From Lama guanicoe (lineage: Eukaryota), in the NCBI GenBank assembly GCA_013239625.1, contig MU054323.1:2046001-2110000 (forward strand): DNA of 64,000 bases, in the 5' to 3' direction. The position numbers and the translations under genes were made by a program. The notes below the pieces were generated by a model. The model did not search any database. It was not told the origin of the DNA and saw nothing but the letters and a program-made list of their open reading frames with translations. Of the stretch, positions 49,269-62,642 are shown one piece after another. How positions within the stretch are numbered: position 1 is the stretch's first letter; every line of letters begins with the position of its first letter.

Positions 49269-52200
49269 ACACCCACCTCATTCGGGCCGGGCTGCTCTTG
49301 TTTCACCAGGAGTTTCAGCCTGCCTGGAAGCCCTTTGTCCGGTCCTTTCCTTCTCCTGTCACCTTCAGGCCCTGGATGCATGCATATGGACTAAAGCAGG
49401 GTGGGGATGGGGAAGAAAACCCAGACTTCTCTGGCAGGTCTTTTCCTCCAGTGTCCACGGCGACAGTTTTGTTCTGGGATGGCTGGCACGGGCCCACAGT
49501 AGAAAGGGAGAGAAGGTCCAGCTGCGTTTGGAAATCCCTCGTTTGCAATGTGCCGGTTTACTCGTAATTCTCTTAGTCAGGCGACAGCCCCTTCCTTGGT
49601 GAACTTCACACCTGAGAACAGGTTGGGGCATCTCCACGGGACCAGGGTCTGCTTCGCATTTCAAGGGCTGGAAACTGTTAAGCTTGTATATTGATTAAAA
49701 TTTTGTATTAGCTTTTCCTCCCTTTCAATGTAATTTCAGGATATTTAATTGCAACCAACCATCTGCAGGGAGCGGGGAGGAGGTACTTGATGTGAAACAG
49801 CACACAGGGAAAGCCGGCCAAGTACGAAAAGATTGCAGCTCGGGGCTGTGTGGTTGTGACAACCGAAATCTCTTTTGTTCTCCCGGGCAGGCTCTGAAAC
49901 CAAAGCCACGGGAGAGCTCGCTCTGAGCTTGGAGTCAAGGTGACCAGTTGTCCAGGCGGGCCTCCCAGCTGCCTCTGGGGACTTGGGCAAGTCCTTGAAA
50001 GTTTCCTGGCTTCAGTCACCTGGTTAGATGCTGGGGAGAGGAAATGCCTGCCGTTTGCCACTAGCCATGGGGATGTGGAGAGAAATGGAGTGAGTCTTCG
50101 AAAGGCAAGTCTCTGTGGACTATGGTGGATGTTAGTTATAATGACCTAGCTTCAAAGTGACTCAAACATCAGGGAATGATGGTTCTACTGAGATGAGTAA
50201 AGAAACATTAGTCAAACATGAGTCCCCTCGGTCTTGCTGAAGGGTGATGGTTACTTGTTCAGATGTCTGCGGGTCCAGACAGGTAATGCAAACATAATTA
50301 TGAAGGAATTCCTGCCACAGACAGAGCACGTGCACAGTAAATATTTGTTGACCAAATGAGTGAATAAGAGTGAACAAGAAGGGACAAGGCCAAAAAAAAA
50401 AAAAAAACTGAGTCTAGGATAGGGCATTAGGGAATGGTGGGGACCATGTTAAACTGGAAGAGACATGCTCTGTCTTTGCTGTTCAAATTATAGTTCTTCA
50501 AAACACTACTTTAAATATCTTCTGACTTAATGGCCACTGATTTATATCTCTACATTCACTTTCGTGTATACTTAGGGCTACTTAAAAGACCAAGAAAGGA
50601 GGAAAATTTTTAAATTTTGGTAGTATAGGAAGTCCCCAATCTGCCTAGATGAGCCTGATTTTAATATCCTATCTTTGCTGAGAAATACAGGTCTATTTTC
50701 CCTTCTACTTACCCACTTTGGATTAGGTTAACTCACTTCGGAAATAGTACAGACATATGGAGGGTACCATGTAGAATGAAGGGTCATAGCAGCCATCTCT
50801 ACTGCAGACCTCGATCTGGAGGGCAGATTGATACACGAATGATCAATCCCTGCTTGTGGTCCTCAGGAAAAGGCCTCGTCAACAGAACCATGAGGTTATG
50901 ATGGAGCCAGAGGGAAAGCTGGCCTGAATTTAGACCCGGTCATGGAATGGGGCTCTCCTCGGTTCGCAGGGCTCTTTGTGAGGACCCATGAGATAATGTC
51001 ACGTGAAAGGGCTTTGTAAATTGCAATGTGCTCTATCAATATAAAGAGTTAACGCTATTGACTTGGGGGAGAAACTGGAGGAAACAGCCTCGTATGAGTT
51101 CATTACATCCCTTCCATTGGATCATTGGCTTGGCTCTTTCTATAACTGAATAACATGCCTGTTTCTGGGGTCAACTTCTTTTTTTGTTTTTTTTTCCTAA
51201 AGCTATTTCTGACTTGAATGAATGTGTCTTGCTCGGGTTGGCCTGTTACCTCTGACCCTCACTCCTTGCTCACCTGCAGCTTGGCCCACATCCTTGGATG
51301 TGGGGTAATGAGCCATGGGACCAAACCCTCCACAGGCCTCTCTCTGTGCTCTGCCTCCTCCAAACCACAGCAGTGGGCCCCACTCTCACTCATTCATTGT
51401 TTGCATTTCTTCCATTTCTGTATCTCCCTCAATGATATTTAGTTGCAGATTTCCTACATTATATTTTAGGTGCCACATGGTTTCATCCTGGAGCCCAGAG
51501 AGAGGCAGCTAGCATCACTCAGAAGCAGGTAAGGTGGAGGGCGTGGCCAAGCCAGCTCTTCCTGCCAGCTCCCCGCACTGCTCCCGGCCCTGGTGGAGGC
51601 AGATGCTTAAAGTTATGTTTCTAATAAGAGGCATGGATTTGCACTGCCTAATGATCAAAGTCAAATGCCTAAGCCTGGAATTCGAGGCTCTCCAAATCTG
51701 GCAAGATCTTTCTTGCCTTATCCTCCCCCACTTCCTTATAAGTACCCCGAGCTTCAGGCACCACAGAGCACCCCCCTTTCACGTACACGTCCCACATTTT
51801 CTCCCATCCAGCCTTGAGACAGACAATCCCTTCTGCTTGAAACATTTTTTTTTCCTTTGGAATGTCTGCCTGTTACAATCATGAACCTTTATAGAGAGAA
51901 ATGCTTATACACCCCTCGGATTTCCATAATGAGGGAGAGGCAAGGTGAAGCGTCACTACCCTCTCTGGGAGAGGCAAGGTTGGAGAAAGGCTTCTCTCTT
52001 CTCTCCCTACGTTTCACCAAGAAGAGGAGTGACCAGAACCAGGACCTAAGCAGGCTGGGCTCGGCCCCGCCCTCCCACCCCCTTTGTAGGGCTCCTGCTG
52101 GTTCCCTTGGGCCAGGGCTCAGCAGAGTCAGGAGACCCTGCTCTCTGCGCCTGTCCCTCCGCTGCGGCAGGACCGGCCTGGAGCAGCGAGGCCCCTGCGG

Positions 52201-53342
52201 CTGGCAGGGTAAGCCTGGCGGTCTGCAGACCCAGCCTGCCCTCTCTGGGGTCCCCCAAGCTTTCCGCTGCAAGAGGTGGGGGTGGGGGGCGGCTGTGCTC
52301 TCCTTTGTTCTGATTTGTCTCTCTTGCTTGAATTGGTTCTGATGCTGAGGGGAAAAGAGCAGTTATGAGTCATAGCTTTCAAACCTCAACAACCAAATAG
52401 CCTATCTTCTGTGAACGTCTTCACAGACGTCTCCTCTGACCCCTTGACCTGGTACCCTCCGGCCCTCCCATTTTCCTCTCTGGGTGACTCCCGTGGAACT
52501 TCAGAATTGTGCTCTACGTGTTCACCCTTCTGTTCAACCCCTATTTACAGGTGTTTGAAGAGCTGGGATTCTCCTGAATTTCAACGTCACGAGAAGTCAC
52601 ATGTCAAGTTGTGGTTTCCTCTGAAAATCCAATTCTCAGCATTCGTGTGGTATCATGAGAACAAAACTAGACAGAAGGCCTGGATTTAAGCCTCAGATTG
52701 AGGCCTATAAAATATGGACAGGCTTTTAGGTGCCAGTAATGATGATGGGTGCTTTTTGAGACATAATCTTGAGATAGTTGAGTAATGTTTCCTTTTTTAT
52801 AATGATGATCGCTGATGCTCAAACACAAAACAAACCAAATGTACCTAAAACAACAATAAGGAAACAGTGATTTGCTTAGGCCCCTGTAGCCAGTGGTCGG
52901 GAGACCCAGGGCTGAGCCTGCAGACTCTTGACATCAGATGCTCCATCCCTTGCATCTCATCACACACGTTTCCTCTGTGCCTCTTGCCGTCCCTCTGAGG
53001 CCACAAGAGTAGTCTATCAAACATGTCCGGAGCCACATACGGCAATAAGTGATAAACGTCAAAATAAATGCTCCAGGCTGCAAGTGTGCTCAAGATTCCA
53101 CACAGGGCTGATCTCCGTGGCCTTGTATGTTCCTCGCAGCCTTAACAGAAGGAGCAGGATTGATTGGAGCCCGGGAGGGAGATTCTTGAGCAGGCAGAGA
53201 GGGCTAGGAAGGGCCTTCTAGTAACAAAGGAGCAGAGGCGGCTAGATTGAGGGAAATTCAGGACACTGCGACCCCAGGTTGGTGTTTGGATGAGATGGGA
53301 GGTAGAGCTAGAAAAGACAGTTAGATCTTTACTTGATGGGAT

Positions 53343-53490
53343 AGTGGTTTCTCATTTAGGATGAACCACAGTGTCACCATTTTGAAGACACACCCCCGGT
53401 CCCTAGACCTGCCAAGTCAGGATCTCCTGGGGTGGGTGGGGGCAACTGTGATCTTTTTTATCTTCCACAGACGACTCTGATGCTGCGTAA
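53343..53490. mobile_element. MER5-like element
   Basis: 'agtggtttctca...ccctagacctgccaagtcaggatctcctgggg...actctgatgc'. Confidence 0.55.
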
Positions 53491-56400
53491 AGGATGAAAA
53501 ACGTGAAGAAAGGGAGGCCGTTAAGCTGACACAGAGCCCTGGGCTTAGATTCACGAGTCCTGGATTGGAGTTCTGGTCTTAGCATTTATGGTGTTGAATT
53601 GGGGCAAATCACTGTCCGCACCTCGATTTTCTAATTTTTACAACAGGAGCAATCACAGGTGAGTCAACCTCCCTCCAAAGGACATTATGATGAAAAAGCA
53701 AACTGCTGGTCTGAAAGCCCAGCCCAGCACGTGCCCACAGGAGAACGTAAGTACAGATGAGCTGAGTCTCTGAATTGGCAGGTGCTGCAGGTCGCTGATG
53801 TCTGGGGCTAGCAGGGCGCGTGGTGGGATCGAGCACTGAGGATCGGTGGGCCCTGGTGAGTGGCTAAGGCAGGGTTTCAGGTGTGAGCTGATAAAGTACA
53901 GAGATGGTGAGGCCTTGAGGACATCTGTGTGGCCACAGGCCAAAGGGATTCCAGTTCTCTGTGGGTGAGAGACAAGGCAGTATCCACACTTGCAAATGAA
54001 ACAAGCCTCTCCCAGTGCTGGACTGGGTGCCCTGGAAGGGCTGGAGGGCAGAGAGATGCAGTTCTAGTTTAAGAAAGTTGGCTCTTTTAATACAAACTCA
54101 CAAGCAGCTTTACTGGGGGAACGAATGCCATGTATTCTGTCTTCCAGAACATGGTCAATGATCCCAAAGAGGTGTCAAGGGCAGAAGCACTGGGAGAGGG
54201 ACCTTCCAGGCAGGACAGCCTGGGTTCTCTGATTCTGGCATCTTCCAGCAGGTGAGGAGGGAGGACAGGGAGGCAAAACTCTGAAGGCTGAGCAAAAGCC
54301 GAGCGGAGGTCAAGTCCACACCCCCGATGCTCCCATCTTGTTCCCTGGAGCGACTCCCTCTGATCCTGAAAGAGTTACTACCCCTCAGGCTGGGGGTGGG
54401 GGCCCTGCTCCCCTCCCTCCCCTCCTGGCAGCCACAGGACCCATTATCTCATGAACTTTGCCCAGATCCCCGGGAGATAAGTATTTCCTTATGGTAATGA
54501 TTGTTATGCTCGTTTTACAGCTGAGCACGTGGAGACAGAGAGATGGTCCTGAAAAGAGGGAGACATTTTCTTCCTTTTCTCTGGACTCCGTCAAGTTCAA
54601 ATCATAAAACTGAAAGCACAGGGAAGATCTCTGAGTATTTCCAAGCCCGAGGTAGCAGGGAGCAGCCCTGGGAGAAGGAATGCTTATTGCGGGCTTGGTG
54701 TGCTGTAAAATTTATGTCCAATTTTTTTGAGGGGTGGGGGGTAGTTCCTTTGTATCTCCTTTTTATTTTCATATGCCCATAAAGAAAGTTGGAGTTTCAG
54801 AAATAATCTCGGGCAGCCTGCATTTTGCATAGGAGGAAATCAAGGCCAAAAGAAGGAAATTGTTAAACAGGCTCTGAGGGGAAACGCTGAGCCTCCAACT
54901 CCCAGCTGCATCGATGCCCCGCTGACTCCTCACCTAAACGGTTTCACATGCGCTGTGGGCCGATTCGCGGGGCAAAGGCATCTCCAAGGGGAACGCTGCC
55001 CTTCCTCAAGGTCATCGTGAGAGCCTGGTTAGAGGCTGGACTTATCTGCAAGGTTTGAGAAACATATTGAAATTATCAAGTCTTGGAACACGGCCGTCTT
55101 TTGCGCTGAGCTTTCACCGCCTTATTGAGTTCCTAAACTTGAACTTCTCAAGGTTTAGCCAGTCAGTTTTATTTGCCTCATCAGAAGCCCTGCAATCTTA
55201 AGCTGGTCCCCCAGGCCCCGGGGTGAGGATTCGGGGAGGTATGGGAGCCACGCTCACTACACAGCCCTCCAGGACTGACCAGGGAGAGGGGTTCCAGGAA
55301 ACCTCCTCAGACTGGGCACAACCTGGGCCCTGGGAACCCTGTGCAGGGAGGGGCATAGACAGGGCATCCTGGATGGCTGCCCTCCGGATGACTTCCCAGG
55401 TAGGAAGACAGGCCACCAACATAGAGCTGTGGGCCTGAGTTACAAGAACCAACATGGAGGTCAGTACAGAACAACTCCTTTCTAAGCAAGTGATCTGTTA
55501 CTGGAGGCTTCCACAATTACAAATTTGAATAACCCAAATTATTTTATTATAAGCGTAAAGAGGAAAAGAAGAAAAGATGTATTTTTGAGACTTATAAATC
55601 TATCAATGCCATAAAAAAACCTATTTTTTTTTTGCCTTTGAATTTACTTTTAAGACAATAAATGGATTTTATTTTCAGGAAACTTAGAGAAGTTTGTTAA
55701 TTTTTTTTTTCTTAAGGTTAATTCTGATGTTTTCCTAAATTTATTCTAAATCAACTGCTGGAGTTATCTTGGCAGATATTTGGTGATCTTAGTATTTTAT
55801 CACATCTAAATCTATTTCATAATGTTTTTATTCTCAAGAATGTTTCTCAGCAAAAGCACTGTCCTTGCTACTCAAAGCACCCTTGGATAGGATGGATATA
55901 AGATAGAGGGAAAGTGTTTAAATTATAAGAACACCAAGTAATGAAAGAAAGAACAGGAAGGGTGCCCCTCCTCACCTTTTTGGGTAAACAACAGACTGGA
56001 CAGAGCTGGCAAATACAGCACTGCCATGGAGCAGTGGTGAAACCAGCGTTTACAAGTAATTTAGCGCTATTGATCACTAAGCAACTCTCGATTTTTGTAA
56101 ATTTTGAAGATCTGTGTTATTTTGAATTTTGATCAGTTTGGGACTATGTTTGAATTCATCCAACTTTCTAACTATACTGTACAATATAAAAAATAACGTG
56201 GAAGTTCAGAGAAGGGAGTAGGGGGAAAAGACTAGAATCAGAATTAAAACCCACAACTTTTGCTTCCGGGCAATTTTATACATGATTTACTCAGCAACGT
56301 TATCTACCAAAGATGCACCATCCTTATGTTCTTAGCATGTTTGACACAACCCATTGTCTCTTTCAGGGAAAATCACTGTCGAGAAGGCATCATATTAGAC

Positions 56401-56799
56401 GTGTTCATTTCATTCGGTTCCGAGGACGGTGCTGTAGTCAGTTTCTTCATGGCCCAGTGCCCGTAGAGTGCTGTGCTATTTCCCTGTGTCCCTAGTCTTT
56501 CTAGAATTGTGGCCCCTTGAGTCCTGGCAGTTCTGAATTCCAATGTTCATCTCTCTGGCCCCTAAATATGGCATCTTAGCAACTACCCTCTGCCAGGCTT
56601 TGCAGCCTCTCTCCCTGCACCAAGAACTGACAGATGCAGCAGGTCCAAGCAGCACCAAAATTGTGCATGCAACTTAGCCCCGTAAATCTTGGCTGCTACG
56701 GTAGCGCTCTGCTGCCTTTGTCTTAGTCTACTTGTCTTACTGTCTCAGCTAGAACAGTGGTTTGCTACAGCTACTGCATCATAACCAGAAGTGAAAGAT

Positions 56800-57330
56800 A
56801 ACATGTGTTCCTGAGATTTGTGTATGTAGATCTGGGTCATTCTTTTTAGCAGATGAATAGAATTTACATATATAGGACATTGTATTTATTTATAGTTGGA
56901 TATTTGAGTGTTTCCCAATTTTTTCACTGTTTGAAACAAGGCTGCTGAATTTTCCTGGACATGCTTTCTCGTGCATCTTTGAGACTTCCTCTAGAATATA
57001 CATCTGGAAGTGGGATTGCTGAGCCAGAGAGGACGCTTATTTGTAACTTCATTACTTACTGCCAATTTTCCTTCCAAAGAAGACGATGCTTCTTTACCTT
57101 TTCCCCAGCAGGATGTAAGTGTTTCTGTTTACCCCTGTCTTCCGTAACATTTGATTGTGAGATCATTTCATATTTGATCATCAAATGGAAATGGATTTGT
57201 ATCTTCTTATTTTATGAATGGGGCTCTCAAGTTCATTCCATTCCAGGGTTCTACTTTTGGAAAAGCTTGTTCACATCCCTGGTCTATTTTTCAAGTGGGT
57301 TTTTGTCTCTTCATTATGAATCTATTCTTT
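56800..57330 (-). mobile_element. Ancient L1ME-like fragment (continues at 58700-58750)
   Basis: 'ggatatttgagtgtttcccaattttt...ggaagtgggattgctgag...ttactgccaattttccttccaaa'. Confidence 0.7.
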
Positions 57331-58688
57331 CTTCTAATTTTATTGATATATAATTGACATGTAGCATTGTATAAGTTTAAGGTGTACAGCATAATGATTT
57401 CGCTTACAAACATCATGAAATGATTACCATGATAAATGTAGTGAACATCCATTATCTCATATAGATATTTAATTAAAGAAATAGAAAAAAAATTTCCTTG
57501 TGATGGGAGCTCTTAGGACTTGCTCTCTTAACAACTTTCATATGTAACATACAGCAGTGTTAATTATATTTATCATGCTGGACATCACATCCCTAGTACT
57601 TACTTATCCTTTAACTGGAACTTTGTACCTTCTGAATACCGTCATCCCATTCCCCTTACTCCCACCCTCTACCTCTGGTAACCACAAATCTGATTTCTTT
57701 TTCTATGAATTTGTTTGTCTGTTCATTTGCTTTGAAGCATAATTAACCTACAACACTATGTTAGAGATATCACTTCACAGCTGTCAGAATGGCTATTATC
57801 GAAAGGACAACAAATAACAAGTGTTGGCGAGGCTGTGGAGGAAGGGAACCCTTGTGCGCTGTTGGTGGGAATGTAAACTGGTGCAGCCACTGTGGAGAAG
57901 AGTATGAAGGGTCTTCAAAAAGTTAAAAATAGAAATACTATACAATCTAACAATCTCACTGCTGGGTATTTATCCAGAGAACATGAAAACACTATAGAAA
58001 ATATATGTGCATTCCTGTATTCATTGCAGCATTATTTATAATAGTCAAGATATGGAAGAAATCTAAGTGCCCATCAACAGATGAATGGATAAAGAAGATG
58101 TGGTATATATACACAATGGAATATTACTTAGCCATAAAAATAATGAAATCTTGTCATTTACAACATCATGGATGGACCTAGAGGGTTTATGCTAAGTGAA
58201 ATAAATCAGACAGAGAAAGACAAACACTGTTGTGAGTTTACTTACATGTGGAATCTAAAAAACAAATTAAAATGGTCTTAAGAACCATCCACAACAGCCT
58301 ATAGCTTTCCTTTATAGTCACTCCTGGCTTTTGCACACAATAAGGCGCCTTGTATTTTGTATGTTGACTGTGGTGATGGAAGCACAGATCTATGCATGTA
58401 AAAAACAAATCAAATGAACAAACATGACAAAACAGAAATGGAGTCATAGATACAGAGAACAAACAGGTGTTGCCAGAGGGGAGGGGTGTGGAGGGAGGAA
58501 AGAAATAAGTGAGGGAGAAAGAGGTACAAACGTCCAGTTGCGAAATAAATGAGTCATGGGTATGCAATGTACAGTGTGGGATTACAGTCATTAATTATGT
58601 AATATATTTGGTGACAGATTGTAACTAGACTTGTGGTGATCATTTTGAAATGTATAGAAATATTGAATCACTGTGCTGTGTAGCACGG
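57331..58688. mobile_element. L1 (L1MA9-like/laurasiatherian) with twin-primed 5' inversion
   Basis: Minus-strand 3'UTR at 57331-57763 joined to a plus-strand ORF2 end and 3'UTR at 57764-58688; TSD atct(a/g)ttcttt at 57320-57330 and 58689-58699. Confidence 0.88.
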
Positions 58689-59053
58689 ATCTGTTCTTTA
58701 TACAACCAGGATCCCAATTAATCCTTAGTCTGTTGTATATGTGGGAAATCAATCTGAAAGTATTTACTGAACACCTTCTACATGTAGTGCTAGGGACACG
58801 GGGGTGAATAAAACAAACTGGGTTTCCATTTTCATGGATTGTATATTGTAGTTGCGGGGGGCAGGTTGTCAACAAATTAATTAATTAATTTTAGATTAGA
58901 AGAAATATTCTAAAAATGAAACAGGAAAATGAGATAGAGAGTGATGGATATGCAAAGTGCTAATTAGAGCAGAGAGGTCCCAGGAAGCCTCCAGCTGAGG
59001 CTGGATGAGAAGAAAAAGTTCCACGATGCGATTTTAAAAGAGAGAGTTTCTAT

Positions 59054-59499
59054 ACTTTCCTTCTCTGATATTTCATTGTCAGTGCAAAGAAACGCAACAG
59101 ATTTTTGTATATTAATCTTGAATCCTGCTACCTTGCTGAGTTCGTTTATCAGCTCTGTAGTGGAATCTAAAAAAAAGGAGACAGATGAACTTACTTACGA
59201 AACAGAAACAGACTCACGGACGTAGAAAACAAACTTGTGGTTACCAGAGGGGAAAGGAAGAGGGGTGGAGAGATAAAGTGGGAGTTCGGGATTAGCAGAT
59301 ACAAACGACTGTGTGTAAAATAGATAAACAGTGAGGCCCTCCTGTATGGCACAGGGGACTATATTCAGTACCTTGTAATAGCCTATAATGAAAAAGAGTA
59401 TGAAAAGGAATATATGTGTATGTGTATAACTGAATCACTATGCTGTACATGAGAAATGAACACAACATTGTAAACCAACTATATTTAAAGAAATAATTA
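59054..59499. mobile_element. L1 with 5' inversion: inverted ORF2 fragment (~59057-59157, minus) plus 3'UTR (~59160-59499, plus)
   Basis: The fragment resembles 17780-17880 of the young L1; 'tggaatctaaaaaaaa...cacaacattgtaaaccaactata'; degenerate TSD at 59036-59053 and 59500-59516. Confidence 0.82.
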
Positions 59500-59657
59500 A
59501 AAAGAGGAAGTTCCATGAAGCTGACTGACCAGGTGTGCACCCTGGATTCAGATGGCCCAGGGTCACATCCTCCATCCGTCAGCTGTGACTCTAGAGCAAG
59601 TTCTCTAAACTCTCTGTGCTTCGGTTTCCTCTTGTGTGACGTGAGGATCATATTTCC

Positions 59658-60188
59658 AGTAGGCAGGCCTCTCAGATGCCCCCTGGTGACCTTTGTCTCC
59701 AGGTACCCATGTCCTTGTGTAATTCTGTGGAACGTAGGCTGGACCTAGTGACTCACTCCTAATGGCTAGAATACAGCCAAGTGCTAGGCTGCCACTCTGA
59801 GATGAGGGTTTAAAGGGCAGTGGCTTGCATCCTGCTGACTCGCTCTCTCACTCTCTCTTGCTTGCTCTCTTCAGGAAGCCAGATGCCATATCAAGGGGTC
59901 CAAAGGACGAGGATCCAAGGATGCCCTCCAGCCAGTAGCCATCACGGAATTCAGTCCTACTAACAACCACAGAGGGAGCTTGAAGTGGATCCTCCTCCAG
60001 ATGGATGATGTGACTGTGACCCTGGCTGAGAAGCTGACGGCAGCCTTGTGAGGGACCCTGAGCCGGAGGACCCTGCGGAGCTGTGCCTTGACTCATAACC
60101 CACAGAAACTGTCAGATAATAAACACATGTTATTTTAAGACATGCGGATTTGGGGTAGTTTGTTGTAGAACAACAGATAACAAATATA
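59658..60188 (+). mobile_element. MLT1F/E-like LTR inserted into a MIR (MIR parts at ~59540-59657 and ~60190-60290)
   Basis: 'ggctggacctagtgactcactcctaat...gcagccttgtgagggaccctgagcc...acccacagaaactgtcagataataaac...tttggggtagtttgttg'. Confidence 0.85.
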
Positions 60189-62089
60189 ATGAACGACCTA
60201 TCAGGCGGTGCCGGTGCGGGTGACATTATTTAACACAAGTGAAGTGCTGTGAACTTTCATAGCACTTGATAAGGGATCCATAAATGGGGGTGTTATCCTA
60301 CTTATTGCCAAGATTAGGCAACTTGCACATTACCTAATATCGAGACTGACGGCGAGTCTTCTCTCCCACGAATTCCCCTCACGCCCCCTGGACCACAGAG
60401 CAACCACTGCGGTTACAGATCTCAAGGGTGACGTCTTCAAACGGGCGAACGCTCCAGCCCACCAACATCCTGACTTCTTCCAGGCTTTACACACAAGCCC
60501 CAACCACAGAGCAGCCTCCTGACTTTAGAAACCTCCTCCTACTATTTTCTGTGTCTGATGCACCCAATCTAGAACTGTATTCTGTCTTCTCAAGCCCCCC
60601 CTACACCAAGGTCAACTTGAAGCCCACTGGGGTTGAGCAGTGCAATGTTACGGAGCTCGGAAGGAGACAGATCAGGTGTGTGTGACCATGGGCAAGCCAC
60701 ACGACCTCTCTGCACCCATTTCCTTGCCCGTCAAGTGAAGGCAGCAAGGCCGACCTCCAAGAAATACCGCGAAGGTGAGTATCTTCACACAATTAGCAGA
60801 ATGCCTGACCTAACACTCACTGAGCAAAACTTAGCCATTTCCAGTATTATCATGACTTTGTATCTCCCCCCACCCCTTGTGTGACACTAGGAACCTGAAG
60901 GGGATCCCACATGTGCTAGGTGGGCCTTGACACCCAAGGAGGCTCTTAGGTACCAACGTTCACTTTCTCTCCATCACCTCCTGCGCGTGTACTATTTGGT
61001 TCCTCGCACCCTTGTCCCTGAGTCACATGGCAGTGAGGGCGTCCTAAAATTCGGGCAGTGCAGTAGCAGCAGAGAGGGGGTGTGCGTGAGGGTGGTGCTT
61101 ACAGGCCTCAGGTAACACGTAGGACCCGTTTAACTGTAGAACTAAGATGACAGGACCTTCTGCATTCTTCCTCCCCACCTTGAAATCCTTCCCAGCTTGA
61201 GGGCCCCAGGCTCTGAGCAGCCCAAGCCTCGGCTGCTGCTCTGACTGTATCAAGTCCACGCAGTGTATTTTTCTTTCATCAGTTTACCCAGATGAGAAGC
61301 TGCTGGAAATCTAAAGCCTCCATGAGATTATTTGCTGTGTAACAACACGAACCCCATCTATTCATATCGCACTTTACTGTGCGGGAAACTTGTGTGTCTG
61401 TGATGCCACACAGTCTCCAAAATAAGGCTGAAAGGTGGTCAGCGATCGTTAACCCCTTTCCACAGACACTCAGAGAGGGAAAAATTTGCCCAGGTTCCTA
61501 AAGCCGGGAAGGACGGGGCTGGACTTGAATTCAGGTCTTTTGAATTGAAGTGATCACTGATGTAGTTAATGCCGTATGTTGAGCATTTTAACTTGTGTTA
61601 TCCCACTTACATGCATTTTGGAGGATGATGGTGAGATAGGTTTAGAGAGATGACGTGACTTGGGGATGGGCACACGGCTGGTGACAGCAGAGCTGAAACC
61701 CGGGTCTCTGGTTCTAAAGCCATTGCTTTTGCCCCCACGCCGTGCAGCTCCCACATCCAGAGGTGATGGGCCATCGGAAGGCAGGAGCGTACCTCACCGC
61801 AGGCCCTCGACACTGAAGTCACGCCCACGGCCAGTCTTCAGAGAGCAGGGACACCCTGGTTCTCAGCCCTCACCGCCCACCCGGCCACCTCCCCTCTCCT
61901 CAGACCCAGGGCCTCTGAGGGTGGGCGGGCCCAGCTCTTGGGAGAGATCCAGCCTGCCGAGGAGAGAGACCTGTGCCGGGGGCAAAGGGCTATGTATTTT
62001 CCACAATAATAATTATGCCAACCTGGTCTTAGACATGTCATTCAGAAGCAGCTTTCATTTTCCTACAAAATGACTCAGATTTGAGGGAG

Positions 62090-62642
62090 TTTGCTCAAAA
62101 TCCTGCAATAGCCAACCACTTCCTTTAAGAGAAACTTAAGTCCTTAAGTGTCCCCGAGGCCCTACCTAATGTGACCCCTGACCCCTGATGGTTTGCTTAA
62201 CCCTACTTTGTGTTCCCTTTCCTCTGACCACACTCTCCTCCTGACTGCTGTTCCCCAATCAGTGCCAGACGCAGCCCCGCTGCATCACCCTGAGTGCGCT
62301 GCCCTTGGCCTGACCAACTCCTTTACCTCCTTTCATGTTTCTGCCTAAATGTCATCTTCGTAATGAGACTTAGCCTGGTAGTGATTCAAAATGATCGCCA
62401 TCTCTGCAGGCCCACCTTTCCACACTCTCTCTGTTTCTTTATCACTTTCTTAACATATCATTGATTTATTAATGTTACTCATTACTGATGCCCTCTCTCA
62501 TTGGAATTTCAGCTTCTTTGGGGAGAGGGGGGTGTTTTCTGCCTGTATTGTTCATGAATTGATTCCCCGGACCAAGCACAGTGCTTCACATCCAGTAAGT
62601 GCTCAGGATATTACGGATGGGTGGATGAATGAATGAATGAAT
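62090..62642 (+). mobile_element. L2a-like 3' end
   Basis: 'ctgcctaaatgtcatctt...ggaatttcagcttctttgggg...agcacagtgcttcacatccagtaagtgctc...gaatgaatgaatgaa'. Confidence 0.8.

Noticed and set aside
51857..52382. Overlapping ORFs on both strands in a GC-rich patch
   Set aside because: Stop-codon depletion from high GC content; no domain, and too few CpGs for a clear island.
60620..60850. Apparent exon with donor GAAG/GTGAGT near 60774
   Set aside because: Lies within a degenerate MIR, with no matching acceptor or reading frame.
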